Assembly (NCBI GenBank): GCA_050486505.1 | Contig: JBJHDK010000017.1 | Coordinates: 1 to 38,094 of the forward strand | Direction: 5' to 3' | DNA length: 38,094 nt | Origin: Fibrobacteria bacterium | GTDB taxonomy: Bacteria > Fibrobacterota > Fibrobacteria > UBA11236 | Shown here: one piece after another, positions 14,847-25,029 of the stretch | How the letters are laid out: every line of letters starts with the position of its first letter | Numbering within the stretch: position 1 is the stretch's first letter | Translations under genes and position numbers: made by a program | The notes under the pieces: generated by a model | Seen by the model: the letters and a program-made list of their open reading frames with translations, nothing else | Told to the model about the DNA's origin: nothing | Databases searched by the model: none

Positions 14847-17111
14847 TCAGAAATCAGCGACGATCCCGGCGGTCATCAGGCGCGGCATGTTGGGGCGCAA
14901 GCCCGAGGGTGTGCGCGCGGCCATTCCGGTTTCGTCGAAGAGATTCTTCACCGAGCCCACGAGGCGCAGGTTGGGGGAGACGCGGTAACCTGCCGTCAGG
15001 TCGACCGTCATGTAATCGCCGATCTTCTGGTCGGCAGGGATGTCGCCGCTCCCGGCATTGATGCGCATGGCACCACTGTAGGCGGTGGCGACGTCAAGCG
15101 AGGCCGGGCCGTATTCCGCACCCGCGGCGACGAGCAGGCTGTGCGTCGCGATGTGGGGGATTTCGTCGCCCTTGGTGACGGTTCCCCAGTAGTTGCTTTC
15201 GAAGTCGGAAAGCAATTCGCCCTGGATGAAGGTGTAGGCAGCGCGCACGGGGAGCTTCACCGGCCCGCCGAGGGTGGCCGAGAGATCGTGGCCGCCGGCC
15301 AGTTCCAACCCGAGGATGCGGGCCTTGCCGCCGTTGAAAAGTTCCTGCGTGCTGGAACCACCGCCCGACGCGGTCTCCCTGCCCAGCAGGTTCGAGTAGT
15401 TGTGGAGGAATCCCGTGGCTTGCGCGTACGAAGCGCGGCCCGCGTAGCGCGCCCCGAGTTCGAAGTTGACGCTTTCCTCCGCGACTGCGGAATCGTTCGC
15501 TCCGGGTCCCGGATCCTGGAAGCCCTTGTGCACGCCGGTGAAGACATTGAACCCCGGAAGGACCTCGTAGCCCGCACCGAGTCCCCACACCAGCACGTCG
15601 GTACCCGCCTTGGTGCGGGTGCGATTGCTGTCGGTGCGGTTCGCATCGTTGCCTGTCCAGCGCTGTACTTCGTAGTCGAGCTTCTCGTAGCGCAGGCCTG
15701 GCGTTACGGTGAGACGGTTCCATTCCACCGCGTTCTCGGCGAAGAGCGACAGTGCCCGGGTCGAACTGACGCGGTTGTCCTGGCTCCCCGGTGCCCCGCG
15801 CGAGGCGAACGACATCACGCCGTTTTGCATGCCGTACCGCGAGTCATGCTGAAAGCGGTCCGATTCGTCGTAGTGCCAGCGGATGCCTGCATTGAGGGTG
15901 TGGCCGAATTCCCCGGTCGCGAAGCGGACTTCCGATCCGAGTTGGGCTCCGTACGACGTGTACTTGCGATTGTTGGCACGCACGCGGAACCCGTCGGAGT
16001 GGCTGGTGTCCCCGGTGAGCATGGCGTACTGGTCGGCGTAAGTGGTCGGGTCGCGCAATACGTTCGCGATCGACACCCAGCCATCGTCGGCGCTGTTGCG
16101 CACGTCGTTCAACTTGTACCAGTTGCGGTGCACCTGCTGCCGGTAAACACGTGCGGTGAGGTCGAGGTTTTCGAGCGGGCGGATGAAGTAGCGCGCCGAG
16201 AGCTGGTACTGGTCGACGTCGATGTCGTCGACCGCGGAGGCGGCGTAGCGGCGATAAGGGTTCGCATCGAAGTCGGCCTGGGTCAGACCGAGGTAGGTCT
16301 CGTTCGACAGGTGCTCCACGCGTCCGGCCTTCAGTTCGAGCTCCTGGTAGATGCCCACGCCAGCCGCGGTGCTCAAGCGCAGCTTGCCGAGATAGTCCGA
16401 GTGCACGAAGCCGGTGTTGTCTCCCTGGAAGTTGTCGGGGTAGTCCTTCGCGTAGCCGGGAAGCGTCTTGAACCCGTCGGTGCGCTGCTGGTACGTCTCC
16501 GCCAGCCAGCCCACGTTCAGCCATCCGAAGTGCGTCGTCGTTTCACCGTAGTAGGCATGCACCTTCGCTGAGGCATCTTCGCCGATCATCAGCTGCAGCT
16601 TGCCCGCACGGTCGGCGGGAACGGGGGTGGACACGAAGTTCAGCACCCCGCCTGTGGTCGAGGGACCGTAGGGCACCTGGCTCGAGCCCTTGCGCACCTC
16701 GACGGCATGCATGCGGCCGACGGTGGGGAAGTAATAGGCCGCCGGGTCGGAATACGGTGCCGGAGAGGAAAGGATCCCGTCCTCCATCACCGCGATCTTG
16801 CCTGCGCGGTCCATGGCAGTACCGCGGATACTGATGTTGGGTCGGGTGCCGTAGCCTTCCTCTTCCATCACCTGCACGCCGGGCACTTCGCGCAGCACGC
16901 GGTGGATGTCGGAGTAATCCTGGCGCTCGAGGGCTGCGCGATCGAGTGCCTGGGCACTGCCGGGCAGCTTGTTGCCGTTCTTTCCAAGAACACTCACCGA
17001 GTGGATGGCGAGGGTGTCCGTGGCGCGTTCTTCGGCCATGGTTGTGGCCGGTAGCGCCAGGGTCGCCGCGAGGACGGCGGTGGTGATGGTGCGGGTGCAT
17101 GCACGGGGCAT
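14847..17111 (-). CDS. TonB-dependent receptor, FecA-like iron uptake family
   Basis: Signal peptide; plug motifs DIHRVLREVPGV, EEGYGTRPNISIRG, PAPYSDPAAYYFP, VEVRKG; VKNLFDE...RPNMPR; C-terminal Phe. Confidence 0.92.
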   Translation of the reverse strand: MPRACTRTITTAVLAATLALPATTMAEERATDTLAIHSVSVLGKNGNKLPGSAQALDRAALERQDYSDIHRVLREVPGVQVMEEEGYGTRPNISIRGTAMDRAGKIAVMEDGILSSPAPYSDPAAYYFPTVGRMHAVEVRKGSSQVPYGPSTTGGVLNFVSTPVPADRAGKLQLMIGEDASAKVHAYYGETTTHFGWLNVGWLAETYQQRTDGFKTLPGYAKDYPDNFQGDNTGFVHSDYLGKLRLSTAAGVGIYQELELKAGRVEHLSNETYLGLTQADFDANPYRRYAASAVDDIDVDQYQLSARYFIRPLENLDLTARVYRQQVHRNWYKLNDVRNSADDGWVSIANVLRDPTTYADQYAMLTGDTSHSDGFRVRANNRKYTSYGAQLGSEVRFATGEFGHTLNAGIRWHYDESDRFQHDSRYGMQNGVMSFASRGAPGSQDNRVSSTRALSLFAENAVEWNRLTVTPGLRYEKLDYEVQRWTGNDANRTDSNRTRTKAGTDVLVWGLGAGYEVLPGFNVFTGVHKGFQDPGPGANDSAVAEESVNFELGARYAGRASYAQATGFLHNYSNLLGRETASGGGSSTQELFNGGKARILGLELAGGHDLSATLGGPVKLPVRAAYTFIQGELLSDFESNYWGTVTKGDEIPHIATHSLLVAAGAEYGPASLDVATAYSGAMRINAGSGDIPADQKIGDYMTVDLTAGYRVSPNLRLVGSVKNLFDETGMAARTPSGLRPNMPRLMTAGIVADF

Positions 17112-17136
17112 ATCGGGGTCCTTTTGCTAGGATTAA

Positions 17137-17183
17137 ATTAAGACTGTGTCTCAATCTTAAATAACCATGGAGAAGTGCGTCAA
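17137..17183 (-). promoter_or_regulatory. Sigma70-like promoter (TTGACG-N18-TAAGAT) overlapped by a 19-bp Fur-box-like palindrome
   Basis: ATTAAGAC-TGT-GTCTCAAT at 17137-17155 (one mismatch from a perfect inverted repeat) in an AT-rich patch directly upstream of the receptor. Confidence 0.6.
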
Positions 17184-17343
17184 GGGGGGAAACGGGGGTG
17201 CTCCTTCCGGCCCCCTCCCTGCCCGGGATACCGGGGGATCCCCCCACGCCTTCCCATGAAACTTCGTGCAGAAAGGGGGCACGTTCCGGTGTCCGACCTT
17301 TCAGGAATCCGGGATGAAACTGCCGTTTTTTGCGCGCAGGAGC

Positions 17344-17360
17344 TTGGCACGCTTCTTCCA
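17344..17360 (+). promoter_or_regulatory. Sigma54-like -24/-12 motif with non-canonical -12 (TTGGCACGCTTCTTCCA)
   Basis: Perfect TGGCACG -24 element; CC instead of GC at -12; 41 nt before ATG 17402. Confidence 0.4.
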
Positions 17361-17401
17361 ATGGGTTGGCGCGCCGCACCGTCGCGGCGTGAGGAGGAGC
17401 G

Positions 17402-17785
17402 ATGTCGATCCGCCGCCATGAAACCCTGAAGTCATCCTGCGGGCGAGTGTACCGGGTTGGACGCATCGTCATCCTTGCGCTGACGTTTGCCGTGGCCGAT
17501 CCGGAACCCCGGGAGGGGCCGGACGAACAACCCGAAACGGCCGCATCCGCTGCAGGCGCGTCCGCACGCGAGGACCGGACATTCGATGTGGTGCGCACGA
17601 CCCGGAACGCCGACCTGCACGCGCTCAAGGAACGCGAGGCGCGTGAGCATGACCGGCGCGCGCGCCTGCACCAGCTCGGCGCCATTGCCCGAAACCCCGC
17701 GGCGATCGACACGCTGCCCGACCTGACTCCGGAGGAGCGCCGCGTGGTGCACCGCCGCCACCGCACCCTCAACCCGCTCGACTGA
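17402..17785 (+). CDS. Hypothetical protein, probably exported or membrane-anchored
   Basis: Strong GAGGAGGAG SD; hydrophobic IVILALTFAVA; 12-nt gap with GGAGG SD to the next gene. Confidence 0.6.
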   Translation: MSIRRHETLKSSCGRVYRVGRIVILALTFAVADPEPREGPDEQPETAASAAGASAREDRTFDVVRTTRNADLHALKEREAREHDRRARLHQLGAIARNPAAIDTLPDLTPEERRVVHRRHRTLNPLD

Positions 17786-17797
17786 CCGGAGGTCCCC

Positions 17798-20700
17798 ATG
17801 CATCCCAAACTCTCCCCACGAACTCTGGCGCTCGCCCTGGTCTGCGCGCCCGCGGCCCTGCATGCCGCCGCCACGGGTCTCGGCGCCGGAGGCCCGTCGC
17901 TCCGACTCGAGCCCGGGCAGGTCGCCACGCGCGCGGCCCCGTTCACCGGAAACATCTACCAACCCGGGGGAAGCGGCGGTCCGGTCGTCGAGAAGACCTC
18001 ACTGTTCACCGGCCAGCCGCAATACGCGGTTCCGCTGCACGTTCTCCGTGCGCGCGACGGCATCGAGTTTCCGATCGTAGTGACGTTCTCGGGCCCGACC
18101 TTTCCCACGGTCGAAAACGACAATGAACGCGCGCCCGCCGGTTGGATCGGCACAGGGTGGTCGCTCGACATCCCCTACGTGGCGATCAACCACAAGGGGA
18201 CGCGAACCTACGCCGACGATGTCATCTTCTGCAGCCTCGGGCCCCGCGGAGGAGGACAGGTCCTGCGCGAGCCCGAAACGGGGCGATACTACCTCGCCAC
18301 GGCCCCGGGAATCCGAATCGACGTCGACACGGTGGATAACCCCGCCTCGCCGCTCTTCGGTCAGATCAAGTCGTGGACGTTCACGCTTCCCGGTGACGGC
18401 AGTCGCCTCGTCTTCGGGAATGCCGATGTCGACACCGTGCATGACTCGGAGCGAACCCTGCGCCATGCCGGAGGCATGATCCTTGCCAGCCCTTATCACG
18501 GGAATGCTTCGAAGCCGTTCATTTACCGCTGGGACTTACGCAGGGTCGAGGACGAACCGGGCGTGACCGGCATTGATCTCGAGCACAAAAAGTTCGCGGA
18601 GACCCTGTGGAACGGCGAATCCTACACGCGGGAATCTTATCCGTCTTCCGCGACCTGGAGGGACCGTTTCGGAAACGAGATCTCCAGGGTGGAATTCGAA
18701 CTGCAGCCGCTCGAAAGCGGGGAGTTCATGGGGTGGCCGGTCGGGGCGGCGAAAAGCACCCAGCGCCTTTTCGGCACGCAGAGGCTGGCGGCGCTTTCCG
18801 TGTTTCATGAGGAAGAGCGGTACGTGAGGATCGCCCTCGAGCACGAGATCGTGCAGATGCCGCACGGGATGAAGGGGGTGCTCCGTGCGGTCACTCCCGC
18901 CTTCGGGGACGATGCGATTCCGGGGCTGGGGTGGAGTTTTTCCTACCGGGACTCCGACCTGCTGCTCGAGAAGGTCACGACGCCCTCGGGAGCCGTCGAG
19001 GAATACGTGTACGAGCCCATCGACCTGGGGGGAACGGCCGCGCAGCAGGAGGTCTACGGATCACCCTTTCGCAGGGAAAACGGGCAGCCGGTCTTTGCGT
19101 TCGGGTCCTCGAACGACTGGTTCGTGGAATCCGGCTGCGACGACCGATTCTGCCATGAGGTCCTGCGCTACCGAAAGTCCGGAGGCCGTGACACGGTGTA
19201 TGTCAGGGTCACCCATAACACCGGGAACTATTTCGACACCGGAACAGTCGCATTCACCAGGACGTTGCACGCATCGGGCACGTCATATGACGAGTGGCAG
19301 TTTCTGCGGAACGGGAATTACTTCGTAATCGCGAATACGCGCCAGGGGACGGTCGAGATTCGGGAGTGGGACGGGCGCGACTTCGTCCGCACCGATACGC
19401 TTGCAGGTGAGTCGGGAGATCCGCTGCGCGGGTCATTCGCCGCGAAGATCGACGTGACCGCAATGCCAGGATTCCTCCTGGTTAACAGGATCGAATCCAC
19501 CAGAAGACTGTGGGTCTATTTGCGGGATCCATTGACGGGGAAATGGAGGAATCAGACCACGGGAAACCGCAGCGACGAGACCTGCAAGCTCGACAATCCC
19601 CCGCAGGGTGCGGACGATCCGCGCCCGAACTCCACCTGCTTCACATGGAAATGGCCGGTCCGGGTCACGGCCGGGGAATCGATGTTCGCGGTGCACACCG
19701 TGGACGAGAACCTGGTGTACTGGTTCGCGTTGAACGCGGCAGGGGATGCCTTCGAGCCGATCGGCCATCTCATTCCCTTTCTTCCGGGAGGGATCCAGGA
19801 AACGCACGGCGGCAACCCGGTGCCCCAGAACTGGAATCACAAAATCGTGGATTTCCGGCTCTTCGGGGAGCATTTGGTCGTCAAGAGCCGCATCCAGAAT
19901 CCGACGCGCTCACGCTACGACATCTTCCAGTTCGATGGCGCCGCCATCAGAAGGATCGTGGAACTCGGCTGGGAACGCGATCACCTCGATCATGCCTTCA
20001 ACGCCTCGAACGGCACGACGCACGATCGCAACCTCTGGTTCGCGGGCGACTACTTTATTCACGCGAACACGCATCCCTCCGTCTACAACAGGATCGAGTA
20101 CTGGCGACGCGTGCAGACCGCCGACAGCGTGTGGTTCCAGCTCTCGGACACGCTCCGGACGGATATCCAGCACGAAGGGGACCAAGATACGCGCATCGTT
20201 GCATCCGCGCGCCATGTGTCCATCGAGTATTATCCCAGCGATAGTTTCCGCCGCGGCCTGCAGCCCGATGCTTATCCGGTCGTCGTCGGTGGAAAATATG
20301 CCAGCTGGATTTACCACATCGCGGACGACGGTTCCATCGTGCAATTGCACGACAGCCTCTACACGCATGCCTGGCCGGGCGGGGGCTGCCAGACGCGCCT
20401 TTGGAACGTCACCTTCGCCCCGACGGACAATGTGTTTTTCGGGTCGACTTCGCGGGGAGATCCGCCTGAATGCCATTGCACCACGGCCTGCTACGCGGAA
20501 AGGTATTCCGTGCGCGCCAACAGCGCCGGGCCAGAAGCCTACTCGCGGCGGTTGCTCGACGACCCTGTCTATTCCGAATCATACTTCCTGCACAATGCCT
20601 TGAGTGCGGGAGCGCGCCTGGCACTTTGGATTCGCATCGTCAAGTTCACGGGCCATCCGGGCATGGGTTACGTCTATTCCCGCCGCTACGCGTTCGACGG

Positions 20701-22393
20701 ACGGGGTTACCATGGGGCCCCGGCGGCGAGCGTGGTGCGCAGATTCATCCGCCACGCCATGCCGGACGCCTTCCACCCTCCGATCGTCACGGAATTCATG
20801 TACATCACTGATCCAGATTCGGCCGTTACGGCGTTTAACCACAATACTCTTGTCCCCCAGTTCGAGCGGGTGCGCACCATCCGTTACGGCCTGCCCGGCG
20901 GGACGGAGTATTCCCTGCATGTCGATCACCGCGGCCACAAGCTACTCTTCGATTCCGCTTCCCTGGGCGGTGTCGTTCGCGCCACGCATTTGTACGACGC
21001 CTCGGGAGATACCGTTTCCTGGAGCGCCACTCAACGCGAACCGGCATACGCGCGCGGCTGGTTCCTGCATGGTGGTCGCGACTCCGCCGTGCAGGACTCC
21101 TGGCCTCGCGGCGTGGCCGTCAATCGCATCCGCGAAGTGCACTCGCGCACCTGGGGCGATAACCGCTCCCGGCGCACAGCAGCGGCAAGGATGCATGCCT
21201 ACGACGATGTGCTTGAGGTCCCCTTGATCACGGTGTCGGAGCAGGGAGACCGCGCGGCGATTCGCCAGATCTTTCTCGATGACGGGAGACCGTTTCTTGA
21301 AATCGGCTACGACTATCCCGTTCTGGAGCTTCCGGGAGAATCGGCGCTTCGTGCGCACGGTCTGGGTCAGATCCGGTTGCCGGTGGATCCGTCCTCGGGA
21401 AGGTATGTGACGGCCCGCGCCGGCATCGAGCATGATCCCGTGTTCGAACGCAAGGTCGCCCGAGTGATTGAATGGCGCGATGTCGGCGGTAGCCGAGAGG
21501 ACGAGGAGTTGCGGAAGGGAGTCGTGCCGGCCTTTGATCCGGATGACGGCCTGTTCGTCGCCTCCGAGGTGGTTCGGCGCGACTCGGAAGGGAAACCGCT
21601 GGAGACGCGTCGGGAGCTCGCCCCCGGAGTCTACTGGTACGCATCCGTTTTTTACGGAGGCCGTGCGGGCTTGCCGGTGGCCGAAGTCAGGAATGCTCGC
21701 CGGGAAAACGTCGCCATCTTGACGGCCGGGAACGGATCCGTGCCGCAGCTTGCGGGTATCGGACCACAGGGCAAGCTTGATGCCGATACCGCCTGGAATG
21801 CGGGTGGAGCATTCTTCGCCGCCCATCAGCCTCGCACCGGGAGATACAGTATCATGGTTCCCCCGGGAGGCGAGCCTTACACGGAGATCCCCCTTGTCGA
21901 TGTTCATGAAAACGGCTTTGGCTATGTCGTATCGGCCTGGATCCGTGGAGAGGCGGTTCATCCTCCGGTTCTTCGTGTCTCGCGACATCATGGAAACGGA
22001 AGCGCACAGAACGATACGATCGCGACCCCTGTTGACGGAAGCTATCAGCAGGGAGCCTGGCAACGGTGGGAGATCCGTTTGCCGAATGCCTGGCTCGTTG
22101 CCCAGGGAATGTTCGGGGAGGGATCCGGAGACAATTTGAGGGTCTCGCTTCCTGCGGAGGGAACGGGGAATCATTTTCACGTCGATGCCGTGGTCGCTCG
22201 CCCCGATGACGCAACATTTTTCCTCACAGCCTATGACGCTGCGGGGCGTCCCACGCACAGTACCGACACTCACGGTCAAACCGTGGCCCACGAATACGGA
22301 ATCGCGGGGCAACCCGTTGCCACACGGGATGAGCGTGGGCGCGTCTTCGCTCAGGAAGGCGCGAACCGTGTGGCTGAAAATCTGGAAGAGTAG
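17798..22393 (+). CDS. Large secreted SpvB/TcB-like YD-repeat (RHS shell N-half) protein
   Basis: Signal peptide; SLFTGQPQYAVPL...IEFPIVVTFSG...GWIGTGWSLDIP; YRWDLRRVED; LEKVTTPSGAVEEYVY; C-terminal jelly-roll-like segment then AYDAAGRPTHSTDTHGQTVAHEYGIAGQPVATRDERG; no PxxxxDPxG core. Confidence 0.7.
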   Translation: MHPKLSPRTLALALVCAPAALHAAATGLGAGGPSLRLEPGQVATRAAPFTGNIYQPGGSGGPVVEKTSLFTGQPQYAVPLHVLRARDGIEFPIVVTFSGPTFPTVENDNERAPAGWIGTGWSLDIPYVAINHKGTRTYADDVIFCSLGPRGGGQVLREPETGRYYLATAPGIRIDVDTVDNPASPLFGQIKSWTFTLPGDGSRLVFGNADVDTVHDSERTLRHAGGMILASPYHGNASKPFIYRWDLRRVEDEPGVTGIDLEHKKFAETLWNGESYTRESYPSSATWRDRFGNEISRVEFELQPLESGEFMGWPVGAAKSTQRLFGTQRLAALSVFHEEERYVRIALEHEIVQMPHGMKGVLRAVTPAFGDDAIPGLGWSFSYRDSDLLLEKVTTPSGAVEEYVYEPIDLGGTAAQQEVYGSPFRRENGQPVFAFGSSNDWFVESGCDDRFCHEVLRYRKSGGRDTVYVRVTHNTGNYFDTGTVAFTRTLHASGTSYDEWQFLRNGNYFVIANTRQGTVEIREWDGRDFVRTDTLAGESGDPLRGSFAAKIDVTAMPGFLLVNRIESTRRLWVYLRDPLTGKWRNQTTGNRSDETCKLDNPPQGADDPRPNSTCFTWKWPVRVTAGESMFAVHTVDENLVYWFALNAAGDAFEPIGHLIPFLPGGIQETHGGNPVPQNWNHKIVDFRLFGEHLVVKSRIQNPTRSRYDIFQFDGAAIRRIVELGWERDHLDHAFNASNGTTHDRNLWFAGDYFIHANTHPSVYNRIEYWRRVQTADSVWFQLSDTLRTDIQHEGDQDTRIVASARHVSIEYYPSDSFRRGLQPDAYPVVVGGKYASWIYHIADDGSIVQLHDSLYTHAWPGGGCQTRLWNVTFAPTDNVFFGSTSRGDPPECHCTTACYAERYSVRANSAGPEAYSRRLLDDPVYSESYFLHNALSAGARLALWIRIVKFTGHPGMGYVYSRRYAFDGRGYHGAPAASVVRRFIRHAMPDAFHPPIVTEFMYITDPDSAVTAFNHNTLVPQFERVRTIRYGLPGGTEYSLHVDHRGHKLLFDSASLGGVVRATHLYDASGDTVSWSATQREPAYARGWFLHGGRDSAVQDSWPRGVAVNRIREVHSRTWGDNRSRRTAAARMHAYDDVLEVPLITVSEQGDRAAIRQIFLDDGRPFLEIGYDYPVLELPGESALRAHGLGQIRLPVDPSSGRYVTARAGIEHDPVFERKVARVIEWRDVGGSREDEELRKGVVPAFDPDDGLFVASEVVRRDSEGKPLETRRELAPGVYWYASVFYGGRAGLPVAEVRNARRENVAILTAGNGSVPQLAGIGPQGKLDADTAWNAGGAFFAAHQPRTGRYSIMVPPGGEPYTEIPLVDVHENGFGYVVSAWIRGEAVHPPVLRVSRHHGNGSAQNDTIATPVDGSYQQGAWQRWEIRLPNAWLVAQGMFGEGSGDNLRVSLPAEGTGNHFHVDAVVARPDDATFFLTAYDAAGRPTHSTDTHGQTVAHEYGIAGQPVATRDERGRVFAQEGANRVAENLEE

Positions 22394-22490
22394 GGCGTTG
22401 GATGAAAAAATGGACTTCACATCGTTTCACTTCTTTCAGTTGTGTGAGGGGGCAAATGGCGTTTTCCTTCCGTAAGGGGAACCTTGTCGG

Positions 22491-22507
22491 TCGGCACGAT
22501 TTTCCCA
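22491..22507 (+). promoter_or_regulatory. Second sigma54-like motif (TCGGCACGATTTTCCCA) upstream of the enhancer-binding protein gene
   Basis: GGCACG-N4-TYCCA shared with 17344-17360, both followed by (A)TGGG. Confidence 0.3.
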
Positions 22508-22576
22508 TGGGAAGAAGGCCACCCGAGCAGGCAACGGAGCCTGTTCGGTACAGGGAGAACGCATGATGAGGACGCA

Positions 22577-23662
22577 ATGCAGGTTTTCGTGTTCCACAAC
22601 GTTTGGGGGGAGAGGTTGAGCGCCCCAATGCTTCCCCCGGCTTCCGTCCACGCCGAATCGCCTCGCATGCAGGTCACCGGCGCGCTGTGGATGTCCCCCG
22701 CGCATTCGATGCCGATGGCCTCGCATGTCTGCAGTGGGCTGCACGCGCCTGGCTCTCCGCTCGAGGCTGTGTTGCGCCTGGCGGGGGCGATGGCCCGGCG
22801 CGAGGCGCCCGTCTTGTTGCACGGCGAAAGCGGAACGGGCAAGGAAGTGCTCGCGCATTATCTACACAGCCGCAGTGATCGCGCCGAAGGGCCCTTCATC
22901 GCCGTCAACTGCGCGGCGATCTCGCAGGGCCTCGTCGAGAGCGAATTGTTCGGCCATTGCAGGGGCGCGTTCACCCACGCGCTGGCCGACCGTCCCGGCT
23001 ACATCCGTCAGGCGCACGGGGGCACCTTGTTCCTCGACGAGGTCGGCGACATGCCGACGGAAATCCAGGCGCGCTTCCTGCGTGTGCTTCAGGAGAAACG
23101 GGTGCGGCCGGTCGGCGGAGATCACGACGTGCCCGTCGACTTTCGCCTGATCTGCGCCACTCACCGCGATCTGGAGGCCGAGGTACGGCACGGACGATTT
23201 CGGGAAGATCTCTATTTTCGGCTGCGCGTCCTGGAGCTCCGGCTGCCGGCCTTGCGCGAGCGTCCTGTCGATATTCCGTTTCTCCTGCGGGAGTTTCTGA
23301 CGGAACTGGCGGGTTCCGAAGTGGCCGAACGTGCCCTGCTCGAACTTCCGGTGGCACTATTGCATTACCACTTTCCCGGAAACGTCAGGGAGCTGCGGAA
23401 TCTGGCGGAGCAGTACGCGGCTTTTCATGAGCTCGGAGGCGGTTGGAGCCGGGTGCTCGAGTCCAGGCTCAGGCCGGCGTCCATGGTGCGCGAAACGATG
23501 CCGGAATATGCCCGCCATATCCGCACGTCCCGGTTGACGCATCAAGACGTCCTGGCCGCGCTCGAGGCGTGCGGGTATCACAGGGCCCGTGCCGCCGCCA
23601 TGCTCGGGGTTACCCGGCGCACGCTGCAGTATCACCTCGCGCGCCTCAAGGACGGCGGCTAG
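22577..23662 (+). CDS. Sigma54-dependent enhancer-binding protein (AAA+ and Fis-type HTH), no recognisable sensory domain
   Basis: [69 protein letters not shown] 22577 has GAGGA SD. Confidence 0.92.
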   Translation: MQVFVFHNVWGERLSAPMLPPASVHAESPRMQVTGALWMSPAHSMPMASHVCSGLHAPGSPLEAVLRLAGAMARREAPVLLHGESGTGKEVLAHYLHSRSDRAEGPFIAVNCAAISQGLVESELFGHCRGAFTHALADRPGYIRQAHGGTLFLDEVGDMPTEIQARFLRVLQEKRVRPVGGDHDVPVDFRLICATHRDLEAEVRHGRFREDLYFRLRVLELRLPALRERPVDIPFLLREFLTELAGSEVAERALLELPVALLHYHFPGNVRELRNLAEQYAAFHELGGGWSRVLESRLRPASMVRETMPEYARHIRTSRLTHQDVLAALEACGYHRARAAAMLGVTRRTLQYHLARLKDGG

Positions 23663-24507
23663 CGGTTCTTGTAGTAGTCGCTGATCGGAAGGTCGGTTCC
23701 GTGAAGCTTCTTCTTCATCTCGCTCACGCGTTCGAGCTGTTTCTTTTCCTCGCGCGTCAGCGAGTCCATCCCTTGGGTGCTGATCTTGTGCAAGATGGGG
23801 TCGATGTCTTCCATCGCCTCGCGCAGCTTCTCCCCGTCGCGCATGGCTTTTTCCCAGCGGTTGCGATTTTGGCGTTGCTTCCACTGCGCGAGAAAACCCC
23901 CGCGAGACGGGGACCAGAACCAGCGCAGGTAGACCCACCCGAAGAGCGCGCCGCCGAGGTGGGCGATGTGGGCGATGCCGTCGTCGGCACGCAGCAGCAG
24001 CAGCGAGATCACGACGAAGATGAGCACCGCGACGCGCACCGGCACGGGGAAGAGGAAGAACATCAGCAATTGCTGGTCGGGATGGAAACGGGCGAACGCG
24101 ATGAGCAGGGCGAAAATCGCTCCGGAGGCCCCCACGATCACGGTCGGATTGCCCGTGGCCCCGTAGAAGACGAGGGAGAGCACCCCGGCGAAGGATCCGG
24201 AGAGCAGATACAGGATCCAGAAGCTCCGGTCCCCCATCTCCCGTGCCACGGGAGTGCCGAACATCCAGAGCATCAGCATGTTGAAGGCGATGTGCAGGAT
24301 GCCGTTGAAATCGTGGACGAACATGTAGGACACGAGGCGCCAGACCTGGTATTGCTGGGTCACGGCCCATGGATCGAGCGCCATCAGGGGGACGAACAGG
24401 GCTCCGCGCGTCAAGTAGTCGATGAGGAAGATGCCCACGTTGGCCATGAGCAGGATACGGACGGGAGCGGGGAGGGCGGAGCCGGCGGTTCCGAAGTTGG
24501 GTCTCAC
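23659..24507 (-). CDS. Rhomboid-family intramembrane serine protease with C-terminal DUF6576-like tail
   Basis: [53 protein letters not shown] 24507 overlaps the coaD stop. Confidence 0.92.
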   Translation of the reverse strand: MRPNFGTAGSALPAPVRILLMANVGIFLIDYLTRGALFVPLMALDPWAVTQQYQVWRLVSYMFVHDFNGILHIAFNMLMLWMFGTPVAREMGDRSFWILYLLSGSFAGVLSLVFYGATGNPTVIVGASGAIFALLIAFARFHPDQQLLMFFLFPVPVRVAVLIFVVISLLLLRADDGIAHIAHLGGALFGWVYLRWFWSPSRGGFLAQWKQRQNRNRWEKAMRDGEKLREAMEDIDPILHKISTQGMDSLTREEKKQLERVSEMKKKLHGTDLPISDYYKNR

Positions 24508-24998
24508 GATGACGGGTTTCCTTTGGACAGTTTGCGGCGGAGGGTTTCCTCGATTTCGGGAGGCACGAACTCCGAGATGTCGGCTCCCAGCGACGCGAGT
24601 TCGCGCACCAGGCTCGAGGCCAGGTAGGTGTATTGTTCCGAGGGCATGAGATACACGGTCTCGCAACCGGGGTCGAGTTTCTTGTTCATGAGCGCCATTT
24701 GGAACTCGTACTCGAAATCGCTCACGGCGCGCAGCCCGCGGATCAGCACCTGCGCCTTGCGTTCACGCAGGCAATCCACCGTCAGGCCCGCGTGCGAGAG
24801 GACTTCGACGTTCGGGAGGTCGCGGGTGCAGGCGCGAGCCATGGCGACGCGCTCCTCCACGGTGAAGAGGCTCGCCTTGCGCGCGTTGACGGCGACCACG
24901 ACGTCCACCGCCTCGAACAGTTGCGCGGCGCGGCGGATGATGTCGAGGTGGCCGTTGGTGATGGGATCGAATGTTCCCGGGTACAGGGCTCGGGCCAA
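24504..24998 (-). CDS. coaD: Pantetheine-phosphate adenylyltransferase
   Basis: YPGTFDPITNGHLDII, IRGLRAVSDFEYEFQMA, SSLVRE; TTG start with GGAGA SD. Confidence 0.97.
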   Translation of the reverse strand: MARALYPGTFDPITNGHLDIIRRAAQLFEAVDVVVAVNARKASLFTVEERVAMARACTRDLPNVEVLSHAGLTVDCLRERKAQVLIRGLRAVSDFEYEFQMALMNKKLDPGCETVYLMPSEQYTYLASSLVRELASLGADISEFVPPEIEETLRRKLSKGNPSS

Positions 24999-25029
24999 TG
25001 CGGTCTCCGGTTGACAGGGATCCCGTAAA

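Noticed and set aside
14763..16571. 602-aa plus-strand ORF (similarly 1645-3495, 10372-11559, 13663-14988, 20942-22420, 23443-24627, 25952-27298)
   Set aside because: Each lies antisense to a well-supported gene and has shadow-ORF composition.
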